From: Podarcis liolepis
Lineage: Eukaryota
Assembly: GCA_965112155.1 (NCBI GenBank)
Contig: OZ218102.1
Strand: one strand, 5' to 3'
Length of the DNA: 64,000 nt
Position numbers and translations under genes: made by a program. Positions 50,715-61,374 of the stretch are shown one piece after another. Under the pieces are notes generated by a model. That model was not told the DNA's origin, made no database searches, and saw only the letters and a list, made by a program, of their open reading frames with translations. Each line of letters starts with the position of its first letter. Positions within the stretch are counted from its first letter, which is position 1.

Positions 50715-50837
50715 GAAGCAAATTCACTTTGGAAACTAGACCAAACCAAGAAGGAATAGATGTAAGACAAGAGTTATTGAAGTTTCACTCCACTTATTAT
50801 TCATCAAATTTAATGGCTGTTTGTGTTCTAGGACGAG
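50715..50837 (+). CDS. IDE: IDE exon 5 ([10 protein letters not shown]...[14 protein letters not shown])
   Basis: Translation matches IDE; G|GTAAGA donor. Confidence 0.96.
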
Positions 50838-51554
50838 GTAAGAAACTTTTTGGGAGCTACTTTTAATATATAATCAATTTACAATGGATTAGCACTGGAA
50901 CTTAACTCTGTGTGGGTGTGTAAAGAATGCAACCACTCTCCAAATCCACAGGTCTACCTTAAATCTGTAGCATTTCTAATATCTACACTTATTAATTTGT
51001 AGGATGACTTAAAAAAAAATTATAGGAAGGGATGTATGTACTCTGCAGATTTGTAGTAGAAGAAAAAGATTGTGTGTCTGCTGCAGAATTTGTCATTCTG
51101 AAAATGTCTGTTTTTATATAATGTATATGTTTCTAGCCCTAGTATTTTCTTATAGATGAATCTTAAAATATAAACATGCAGTGATGTTCCAGAACTCAGA
51201 ACATGGAGGGCAGGCTTCAGTGGCATGCATTTCCTAACATGCTCCAATCTCCGTATCTTTCTTAGTCTCACTGCTTTCTGCCTCCCAGTCAAGACTCCAT
51301 AGTTTTAATTCCTTAGGAAGATACTTACTGTACACAGAATACATTGTGCTGCATCAACAGTACATAGACAGATTTTATTCTGGGCACAGAATTTTTATAT
51401 TGAAGAATGTGTAAAATGCATACAGATTTTAGATACTGACTTTTCTTAAGACTGTGCTTATCAAGGCTTTCTCTAAAAGGAGCAATCAAGGATAACATCT
51501 GTGAAACTTTTGACCATGCGTAACTTTCTTTTCCTCCCAAATATGTGCATACAG

Positions 51555-51667
51555 AATCTTTAGATGAGCTAACAGGTTTGGTAGTGAAGCTATTCTCTGA
51601 AGTAGAGAACAAAAACGTTCCATTACCAGAATTCCCTGAACATCCTTTCCAGGAAGAACATCTCAGG
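51555..51667 (+). CDS. IDE: IDE exon 6 ([20 protein letters not shown]...EEHLR)
   Basis: Translation matches IDE; AG/GT boundaries. Confidence 0.95.
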
Positions 51668-52038
51668 GTGGGTTTATTGCATTGTGACTTCTTTTAAAAT
51701 AAGTTTTATGTTGTGTTTTTAAGCAAGACCAGAAAACTACTGTGATAAGTTGAGTAGCGTCATAGCACATCAGAATTACTTGTACAGCAAGACAAATGTA
51801 TGTTGGCTGGAAAAGGTGTGGGTGTAGGTGTAATCGGTCCCTTCCTGAAACTTCACTAATTGTTCTGCTAGAAAATGCAGTTGAGCAATATTAATTTTAT
51901 GTTATGGCCTAAGCATGAAATGGGCATATGTGTAATGAACTGTGGGTGGTGGATTTGAGAAGAAAAGTAGCCTTGTAAAGGCAAAATACTGGGTTCAGTT
52001 TAAATCTGATTTATTTTGCTTTTTTGTTTGTTTCACAG

Positions 52039-52201
52039 CAACTTTACCAAGTGGTACCTATCAAAGACATTAGAAATCTTTACGTCACGTTTCCAATACC
52101 AGATCTTCAGAAGTACTATAAATCAAACCCTGGCCATTATCTTGGCCATCTTATTGGTCATGAAGGTCCAGGAAGTCTTCTATCAGAACTCAAAGCTAAA
52201 G
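52039..52201 (+). CDS. IDE: IDE exon 7 (VPIKDIRNL...[17 protein letters not shown])
   Basis: Exosite motif; G|GTAAGG donor. Confidence 0.97.
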
Positions 52202-52775
52202 GTAAGGTGTGCAGTGAGTTGACATTGAAACCTTGGGGCAATTGCTTCCCTACAGCTCAGCCCCTGAAAAGTAGGAGTGAAGTAAACAAAATCCAAGTTG
52301 CAGTTGTAATATTTCAAACAATCCCGCATTATATTACTGATGCTCTTTTTGGTTTTTCCTATCAATGGCTCAGTACTTCTTATATGAAAGATTATAAGGG
52401 ATCTCATTTGTATGCAGTATATCCCCTCTCGCCAGTATTCCATCAACAGGATGACTGTTTGTGATGCTCAGGACATGTTTACCAATGTGTAGCATATGTC
52501 CCCCTTGCTCTCAAAATGCCCCATTTGGGGGCCTGCACCAGCTTCAACTCCAGCTCCACCAGGAGTGGCAAGGGGGCACAGGCATATTGCCAACTGAGCT
52601 GGGGATGGGGACTTGGACTGACATAGCCTAGCTGCATTAGGAATCTTCTGAATTCTAAACTGCTCATTGCAGAAGATCTTTACAAAGGATTGCCCCCAAT
52701 GCACTTAGATTTTGTCTGCATGCAATGTCTTTCTGTCATTTGGTTCTTTCATAGTATTTATTTAGTTTCATAGAC

Positions 52776-53469
52776 CAGTGTTTCCCAACCGGTGTTCCGC
52801 GGCACACGAGTGTGCCGTGAGACGTTGCCTCGTGTGCCGCGAGATGCCTGGAGGGAGGCGGGCGAGTCGGGCGGCGAGAGGTGGGGCGGCGGCGGCGAGG
52901 AGAGGCCGCGCCTCCTGCTGCTGCCTGGCGCTCCTCCTCGCAGCCGGCAGCGCTGCCTGGGCGCCTCCGCGTGACTCTGCCTCGCTGGGTTTGGTCTCCC
53001 AGCAGAGAAGGGTCACACGCGCCCCTCCCTCCCTCCCTCAGCCTGCGCGGAGGGAGAGCCAGAGAGAGGCATCGCTCCTGCGCGGCGGGAGAGGGAGCAG
53101 CCGGAGCGATGCCCCAAACGAACGCATGGGACCGGAGGGGAAATCCTCTCCGAGGTGGATTGAGCGCAGCTGAGAGAAGCCTTTCGAGGAGCTGCCGTGT
53201 CCCCTGGAAACCCCCTTCCCAGCTCTGCCTCAGCCGCCGCCGCCTCAGTTGCCGCCGTCCCTCAGTCCCTCGCTCTGCTGCCTCCTCCCACCCCCAAAGC
53301 TTGGAGGTTCCCCAGCAAGGGGGAGGGAAAAAACTTTCACTTTTGTGCATCCCTCCCGGCGTGACGCTGCGCGCTGACGTCATGGGGCGGGGCTTTAATG
53401 GTGGTGTGCCGCGAGATTTTTTTTCAGTAAACAGGTGTGCCGTTGCCCAAAAACGTTTGGGAAACACTG
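52776..53469. mobile_element. Non-autonomous hAT DNA transposon, 694 bp, CpG-rich
   Basis: TIR CAGTGTTTCCCAA(C/A)CG at both ends; perfect 8-bp TSD TCATAGAC (52768-52775 and 53470-53477). Confidence 0.92.
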
Positions 53470-53495
53470 TCATAGACGTTAACCAAAGACATATA

Positions 53496-53710
53496 CAGTG
53501 GAACCTTGGGTTACATATGCTTCCGGTTACAGACTCCGCTAACCCAGAAATAGTACCTCAGGTTAAGAACTTTGCTTCAGGATGTGAACAGAAATCGCGC
53601 GGCGGCAGCGGGAGGTCCCATTAGCTAAAGTGGTACCTTAGGTTAAGAATGATTTCAGGTTAAGAACGGACCTCCGAAACGAGTTAAGTTCTTAACCCGA
53701 GGTACCACTG
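53496..53710. mobile_element. Tc1/mariner (Tigger/pogo-like) MITE
   Basis: TA|CAGTGGAACCT...AGGTACCACTG|TA; TA duplication and TIRs. Confidence 0.88.
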
Positions 53711-53800
53711 TACCTTCTAATTTTGTTTGTGTGCATGAACAACATAACTAAGAAAAAATAAACTATTGTGTGTGAGTTTTAAATATATTCTATTTCACAG

Positions 53801-53893
53801 GCTGGGTAAATACCCTGGTTGGAGGACAAAAAGAAGGTGCTAGAGGTTTCATGTTTTTCATCATAAATGTTGACCTCACAGAAGAAGGACTTT
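53801..53893 (+). CDS. IDE: IDE exon 8 ([30 protein letters not shown])
   Basis: Translation matches IDE; T|GTAAGT donor. Confidence 0.96.
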
Positions 53894-55293
53894 GTAAGTG
53901 GATCCCTTCTTTTATTCTGTGGAGTTTGGACTTGGAGCACATTGATCTAAGTGGGCTACTCTAAGTAGACTTTTTTTACATCTCCCAAAGTGAGAAATAA
54001 TCTGATGGAAATCCATACTATAATAGCTAGGTCAGGGACAAATGAATTGGCTTCAAACTAAGTTCCCCATCAAATGCAAAAATGTAGAGATAAGAACAAC
54101 CTCACTGGCAAACATTTGTAATTTTAAGATTGTAGGTGGGGTTTTTTAGAGGGTTGAACAAATGATCTATGTGCTCATTCTTAATTCTACAGATTTGAAA
54201 ATTGTTTTCCTGCATCTGAATACTGCTAGTGTTCGCCCAAATATGAGGAAAGTTCTTAGCCCATCTAATTCTGTTGAAATTATCAGGAAGCTAGTTGGAG
54301 GATTCCTAATTGTATATAAAACTAAGCCAAATTATGGCTTGCCACAAGGAAGCAAATGTGGGTTCTCAGAGATAAGATAGTGGTTGTTTTCTTTTCCTCT
54401 AGTGCTACTCCTACTACATGGTTTGCCTTAGCATTACATCTGATCCTGGGCTTATGCTTTATTTTGCTCAAAACAAGCCATGAGCTGGGGGCAAGGTTTG
54501 TTCTATGGTTTTGCCACTCGTAGTTTGTGCAGGGAAAATAAAACATGAACCTGGATTCAGACATAAAGCTCAGCCATTATGTTTGGACATAATGCTAAGG
54601 TCACAGCAGCATAGCAGCAGCAGCAGGATCAGAGGAGGAGCAAAGTGGCCACAATCTTCTATCTTTGGTTGCTCACAATGAGCCATGGTTTGGTTTTGTG
54701 TTACGTGCAAATTGGGCCTCTGTTAAGATCATAACTGATCAGCAAGTTTATCTCTCTGGAAATTATTTGTATATCTAAAGGTATCATGTGCATGTTGTTT
54801 GCTTGATACTCTATATACTTTTACATTAGTCAAATAGATGTGTGAATACTGCATACATTCGGTTTGTACAACTTTGTATTAGTTTAGCCTCTGTCAGACT
54901 GAGCTAGTTTTAAGTATAAGGGCTGAACTGGAAGATTGATGGTCGGCAATGCAGTCCCAACCATATCTGCTCAGCAGTAAGTCCTGCTGAATTCAATGGG
55001 GCTTACTCTCAGTTAAGTGGGGATAGAATAGCAGCCCTAAATGGCTCACCCACTGGAGCAAATAGATCGGGGAAGGGCATCGGAGAAAAGGGTTTCAAAC
55101 ATCCCCGTCTTCAAAGTGCATGCATGGGGCTGCTGATTCGTTTTTTAAAAGCCTTGTACATGCACACAGGAGATTCTAATTGCAGATCTCTTGTGTCATA
55201 TCTAGTCTTGGCCCTAAGAAAACTAAAAATGTTCACTTTGTGTTTCCCTGAGAAATTGCTTATGCATGCAATATTTTATCTTTTTCTTGAAAG

Positions 55294-55385
55294 TACACGT
55301 GGAGGATATTATCTTGCACATGTTTCAGTATATACAAAAACTACGTACAGAAGGACCTCAAGAGTGGGTTTTCCAAGAATGTAAG
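55294..55385 (+). CDS. IDE: IDE exon 9 ([30 protein letters not shown])
   Basis: Translation matches IDE; AAG|GTATGA donor. Confidence 0.96.
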
Positions 55386-55963
55386 GTATGATAATTGCAA
55401 CATATTTGAGGTTTTCTTTCAAGTAGTTTTAGAGATTCACACCGGATCTTCTCTTATTTTAGATACCTTAATTAGAAATAGATTGCATCTGTTAAATTTT
55501 CTTGTTTTTAAAATTAATTTATGAACTTATAAACAAACACATGACCTACCTAAAATGATGCTATATTTAATAATCCATAACTTTATAAACATAAATTCAT
55601 CTTATAGAAGATTAAAATTATTATAACTTCCATTTTCTTTAAATCTGCTTAGTTAAGTTCCTAATGTTCTTGAATGCAATCAATTAGTTTCTAATGCTTT
55701 TGAATGCAGTTTATTACATACATTGTTTACTTTGCCCTAAATGCTTTGTAATAACTTAAAGCGGTTTTCACTTATTCTCTTATGTTTGCCTGCATTCATT
55801 AAACCACAGTGCATTTATTCAATTGATTGCTAACTTCAGAAAACAAATAAAATTTATGTCCAAGCTTCATTTCCCATTATCGTTTAAAAATACCATTCTT
55901 ACCCATTGTTTACAATATGAAGAGTGGCATTGCAGAATAACTTAATTTTATTTCTTGTTTTAG

Positions 55964-56044
55964 GATTTAAATGCTGTAGCCTTCAGGTTTAAAGATAAGG
56001 AAAGACCCCGGGGTTATACATCAAAAGTTGCAGGGGTTCTTCAC
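55964..56044 (+). CDS. IDE: IDE exon 10 ([27 protein letters not shown])
   Basis: Translation matches IDE; CAC|GTAAGT donor. Confidence 0.96.
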
Positions 56045-57079
56045 GTAAGTTACAAAATTGGACTGAATTTAATGCTGAAATATTTCTCAACATTTCTGAA
56101 ATGTGTCAAAAGTTGGGCATCAATGTCATTAGGTTGGGGTAAAGCACAAAAAAATTATGCATGTATAGTGATAAATTACTATGTCCAAGATGAGTATTGC
56201 AGGCCAAAAGATGTTGGTATGGCACACAATTACACTATAAAGTGGTAGTGACAGCTAATTGTCTCCTCACTTAATAACTCCATGGAAAGACTAGTTACCA
56301 AGTGTGGACTGGGACCCTGACTGGTGCTGGATATAGCTGAATAATTTGCACTGTTTCCTTCCAAGCATAACTGAACTGATTATCTGTATATTGATTAATC
56401 AGTATGACTTTTACAATGCACAAGCATGCTTACTGGTTAAATGATCTTTCCTGTACCAGGCGTTCTTAGGGCCTGGTCCTAAACATATGGTATTGTCTTA
56501 TTTATCTGTAGACCTGTTAGGTTTTAGTGTCTTCACATCTAAAGAGCCTTGGTGACTTAGATCGAAGGCAGACTCACCAAAGGTTCCAGTTTGCAAAACA
56601 ACCTTGGAGAAATCTTTGCTTCTACACTCTTTTTTATTTCCAGAATGAATTCATAAGTACTGAATTCTTTGCTTTTTGCTGGGGGGAGGGGGAGGGGGAG
56701 AAGATAGCTTTCTGTTAGAATTTCTGAAAGTAGGGGTTTTTTTAGATACTGCTACATGAACATGTTTATGTTGCTTCCATTCACTTTGAAAACATCCTCC
56801 AGGGGTCAGCATTTGCTTCTTTTTATCCCTTATAATATCAACAATTTAGTACAGGTAGCTTTTTTTTTATTAGCTGTGTACCTAAATGACTGATTCTTTC
56901 TGTACTATGGGTGACATCTAACATTAGTCATAACTCTGAGAAGATCTATTGATTTCAGTGAGTCTACTCCAAGTGTTACTTAGAGTGATAGCCAACTATC
57001 ATAGTAACTATAATTTATCACTTTAGTATTATGCATAATGTCTTCAGTTTAAACTAAAAATATCATATTTTTATTGTAG

Positions 57080-57183
57080 TACTATCCTATAGAAGAAGTT
57101 CTTGCTGCAGAATATTTACTTGAAGAATTTAGGCCTGATTTAATAGAAATGGTATTGGATAAATTAAGACCTGAAAATGTCCG
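57080..57183 (+). CDS. IDE: IDE exon 11 ([34 protein letters not shown])
   Basis: Translation matches IDE; CG|GTAAGC donor. Confidence 0.96.
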
Positions 57184-58869
57184 GTAAGCTATATTGTCAT
57201 ATTTACGTAACTAATGTGTAGTTCTTTTGAATTATCATACGATGTTGATAGACTTCATTGAAACTTCACACCCCACTGACTCTTCTGGATGCTTTCACAC
57301 AAGGGCTCAATTGAAACAATCCTCCAACCCATAGGTGAAGAAACGAAAGGAACAGCAGGCATGCTCTTCCCCTCTAGCATGATGCTTTTCTTTCTGTTTT
57401 CTATTTATTGTAACTATAGTTTGCCACATTGGCAAACTGGTCAGTGCTTGCCCTTGAAATCAGAATCTGAAAATGAGATTCGAATTAGGTATCTGATTCT
57501 GGTTGTGGCAGGTTGAGGGGCATAGATGACACAAATTGATTATTTGGGAAACTGTAAAGATGATAGTTGCTGCAGAATCGGGACTGAGAGGGAACTTGTG
57601 CTTGTAGGATTAACTGGACTGAGCTCAATGCTTCTACTTAAGGAAAACACACTCTTCTTTGTGCAGCTTTTCTTGAGAATCACAGTGGTTCATCATGATT
57701 TTTACCTGTGATTGTAAGCTCACCCCAAGTTTGCACTTGGCCCACATACAGGGTCCATGTCAGCAGACACCCCTGACTGCTGCTTAATTCATAGTAATGT
57801 ATTGACTTGCTCTGTATTTGTCATATGATTTGTAAAACAAGATTGTTGCAGCGGAGTGGAAACACAGTTGTCCACTGGCAACAGAGAGGTTTTTATTAGT
57901 GGCAGGTAACCTCTTCCTGCTATTTTCAATACGATAGACTTTCATACTTGGTGTACATAATTGACTTTTTTTTTTTTTTTTTTTTTGCTGAAGCCATGGT
58001 TCTCTGCCAGTGTATGCTAGAAACACTGAGATAAGCAGTGTTCTCTCATTGCCAGTGACAGAATTGTTACCATAGTAACTAATTTCAAAGGGAAATAAAG
58101 CTTCCCTCATACTATTGTATTGTGCCTTGTAGTCATACATAGTGTGAAAGAAGGCCGAGTGGGGTGCTTCATTTACAGCACAGAATCTTCCATCTTGAGA
58201 TATTATTTGGCAGCCAAGGACAAGGTTAAAATGAAAAATTGCTAGTTATTTCTGTCTCTGATTCAACCCTATCCTTTGTTTTTAAGGTTATGTTTGTACT
58301 AAATGTTCAGACTGATTAAGTGTTCCATGTATCCAACTGTCCTATAGTTTTCTAATTAACTACGAGTTGGCTCTGAGGGGCTAGAACAGGATTGATAGTA
58401 AATGTTTTCTCTCGCATATAATTGGCCAGAGAGATGATAATTACTCTTGCTATTCTGCATTATTTCTCCTTACTTACCCCCCCCAAGCATTTCTTTAAAA
58501 TTCTAGACTATTTGAAGCCTGGAAAACTGTTAAAACTAATTGGAAACAGTTGTTAAAATGTTGCAGAGAGCATGATCACAAAAGTATGTTGTAGTTTTAC
58601 CCATGGATGACATTTGCATGGTCTTTTCCTTTGCTTCAAATTTCTGTTTAGAAATGGTAGAAAATGAATTTAGGAGCACCTTGGGTGTGTTATATATGCT
58701 CTTAATTGCTGGGAATCTTTTCAAATATTCTGTTAACGTCTTTTTTTAAATACTTGTCATGAGAGCTAGAAATACTTTATTTTAGTGAAATTTTTAGTGA
58801 AATTTTGCATAGCTGCAAAAAGCAAACTGAGCTTAATATATTAAATCCTGTAAAATACATCCCCTTATA

Positions 58870-59018
58870 NNNNNNNNNNNNNNNNNNNNNNNNNNNNNNN
58901 NNNNNNNNNNNNNNNNNNNNNNNNNNNNNNNNNNNNNNNNNNNNNNNNNNNNNNNNNNNNNNNNNNNNNNNNNNNNNNNNNNNNNNNNNNNNNNNNNNNN
59001 NNNNNNNNNNNNNNNNNN
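58870..59018. other. Assembly gap (149 N)
   Basis: Run of N in IDE intron 11. Confidence 1.
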
Positions 59019-59237
59019 CGTTTAACATAGCCATTTTGATATGGATAAATGTTGCTTTTTGTTTTACTGACAGGAGGATTACATGGAAAAATAGAATAGG
59101 ACATATAGAATTTACAGTATTAATAACAGAATCTTTGAACTTAGTGACCAAGCAGAATTATTTGAATAGTATTTTGGGGCGGGGACGGGGGAGGTAATAT
59201 GTTTGCTTACTTACTATGTTTTGGTTTTATTTTTTAG

Positions 59238-59340
59238 GGTTGCAATAGTTTCTAAGTCTTTTGAAGGAAAAACTGATAGAACAGAAAAATGGTATGGAAC
59301 CCAGTACAAGCAAGAGGCAATTTCTGATGAAGTCATTAAG
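59238..59340 (+). CDS. IDE: IDE exon 12 ([24 protein letters not shown]...)
   Basis: WYGTQY motif; AAG|GTGTGG donor. Confidence 0.95.
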
Positions 59341-59402
59341 GTGTGGTGAGAAAGTTGGTGGTAAACTGAATATGTAACCAGTATTTTCACACTTCTTACA
59401 AT

Positions 59403-59776
59403 CAGGGCGGAGGAAGGGAGGCGGTGGGGGCGGTCCCAGGGTGTCGCCATTGGAGGGGTGACAAAATGCTGGGCGGCACTCACTGCGGGGCCTGCAGCAC
59501 ACCCAAGGCAGGTGTCTCTCCTGGGAGTGATGTGGTGGCTTGAGTGCCCGCAGGCTCTGCACTGCCCCAAATGGTCCGCCCGCCACCTTCCCCTCAGCTG
59601 TAGGGTGGCTGAGTGGGAGAAGGCAGGCAGACTCCTCGGAGGCCCCGCGGAGCGTCCTGCCCTGGGTCGCCCCACCCCTGTGGGTGGCTGGCCCGCCCCC
59701 GTGGGCGGATGGCCTCGCCCCTGGGCACAGGGCACGTGTGCTGCCCCAGGCGCCCGATCGGCTTGCTCCGCCACTG
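59403..59776. mobile_element. Non-autonomous hAT element, 374 bp, GC-rich
   Basis: TIR CAG(T)GGCGGAG / CTCCGCCACTG; perfect 8-bp TSD CTTACAAT (59395-59402 and 59777-59784). Confidence 0.9.
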
Positions 59777-60456
59777 CTTACAATAAAGTTTATTTTGTGT
59801 TGTTTACAAAAGCAACTAATACTGTTGCTTGTATAAGTGTGTCACATTGGTGTCAGTTAATTTCAACTGGTGTTATGGGGGGAAATAGATTTCACTTCAA
59901 AATGTGAACCAAATCCTTGAACATCTCTTTGTGGTGCAGCCAGTACTATACATGTTGGACCCTTAAAACACCTCCCCCCCCCCAAAAAAAAATCCTGATT
60001 AATAAGCTTTAGCGAGAGAGAAACTATGTATGTGCAGAGCACCTAGCTGAACATACAGCTATGATCACACACGCAGCTGTGTTTGGAGGATTTGTGTAAT
60101 ATTTTCACATATTGCTAAGAGTGAAAACCAGCTGCTCACATGGTGATACATATTGCAGAAAGCATTTCTTAGTAGTTCTACACAGTGGTTAGAGCATGCA
60201 CTCTAGCCCTCAGTCAGTGCTATGTTCTAAGTGTTTATGGAACATAGTTAAAAGCAAACTTAAATGGTATTATGTGAACTGCAAGGAATCATACAGATTA
60301 AATAATTTGAAACATTAGTAATAATTAATTTTGAAGAAGCATGATTCATCAGAGGTCGATAATCCTTCATAGAGCAGCACAATTGCAGCACAATTTTTTT
60401 TAACCCACCCACTGGATAATAACAAAACTATCCTCTTGTTTGCACATTGAATGTAG

Positions 60457-60579
60457 AAATGGCAAAATGCTGACCTCAATGGGAAATTCAAGCTGCCAAT
60501 GAAGAATGAATTTATCCCTACTAACTTTGAAATTGTACCTTTAGAGAAGGATGCACCACAGTACCCTACTCTTATCAAG
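60457..60579 (+). CDS. IDE: IDE exon 13 ([25 protein letters not shown]...LIK)
   Basis: Translation matches IDE; AAG|GTAAGC donor. Confidence 0.96.
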
Positions 60580-61214
60580 GTAAGCATATGGATTTAATAG
60601 TTGTGGGTGGAATTTCGGGAATATGTACCATTCTTTCCTGAATTGCTTTTGAAAGATTAAGGTCATTGAGTAGGCTGCTTATAATATGAACAGTATTGTA
60701 AGAATAGATTGTAAAAATGAATGAAAATTGGATCTTTATTTTAAGAGGTGACTAGCTCCTATCCAGTTGGCTTTTTGCCCCGTATACAAAGTATATAAAC
60801 CTTCACATAGTGGTGGAAGTGAGTTCAAGTTGCGGAGTTAGGAGATGAACTCCTAATGGGTCATCCCAATATCAGGTAAGCCCAGACCCTGCCATACCTG
60901 TCTCTTCTTTTCAGACTTACCTGGCAGTGGTGCAATCAAACGGCGTATGGATTTAGTGTTCATACCAGCAAAAGTCCCACAGGGCTTAGAGGTCCTCCTT
61001 CCATCTCAGAAATGTTAGCATATAAGCATGTGTTTAGACAGCACAAGGGAACATCGTAGGGAATAGGTCTGCATCACTGTGTGCTTAATTGGGGTGGGGT
61101 TGAGAAATTTGGGCTCTGTTAAACCCTGTGGGACTGCACCCAAACTCAGATGGCCTGGCTCTGTATGTTTAAAGAATATAAACAGATAAAAATGATAAAA
61201 ATACAGTTTGTAAT

Positions 61215-61215
<1 letters not shown>

Positions 61216-61263
<48 letters not shown>
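61216..61263. repeat. (TAA)16 microsatellite
   Basis: Directly visible; ends 28 nt before IDE exon 14. Confidence 0.95.
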
Positions 61264-61265
<2 letters not shown>

Positions 61266-61291
61266 TAAAATGTATGTTTTCTTAAACTCAG

Positions 61292-61374
61292 GACACTGCT
61301 ATGTGCAAGCTATGGTTCAAGCAAGATGACAAATTTTTCCTTCCCAAAGCTTGTCTCAACTTTGAATTTTTCAG
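61292..61374 (+). CDS. IDE: IDE exon 14 ([27 protein letters not shown])
   Basis: Translation matches IDE; AG|GTATGC donor. Confidence 0.96.

Larger units (their letters stand above)
33117..61374 (+). other. IDE: IDE (insulin-degrading enzyme) gene, exons 1-14; continues past the window end
   Basis: HFCEH inverted zinc motif, [23 protein letters not shown] exosite; 1772 coding nt joined in frame. Confidence 0.97.

Noticed and set aside
52736-53624. Overlapping 245-aa and 247-aa ORFs on both strands
   Set aside because: They lie within GC-rich non-autonomous transposons; low-complexity Arg/Pro/Ala sequence with no transposase motifs
55656-55710. Short tandem duplication (also ~47616, ~58780, ~31106)
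   Set aside because: Two-copy slippage or repair duplications; not an array and not CRISPR-like
59214-59907. ORFs of 98-186 aa
   Set aside because: By-products of the GC-rich hAT insert; no recognisable domain
60915-60927. ACTTACCTGGCAG, identical to part of the U1 snRNA 5' end
   Set aside because: Only 13 nt and similarity stops there; equally read as an antisense donor motif
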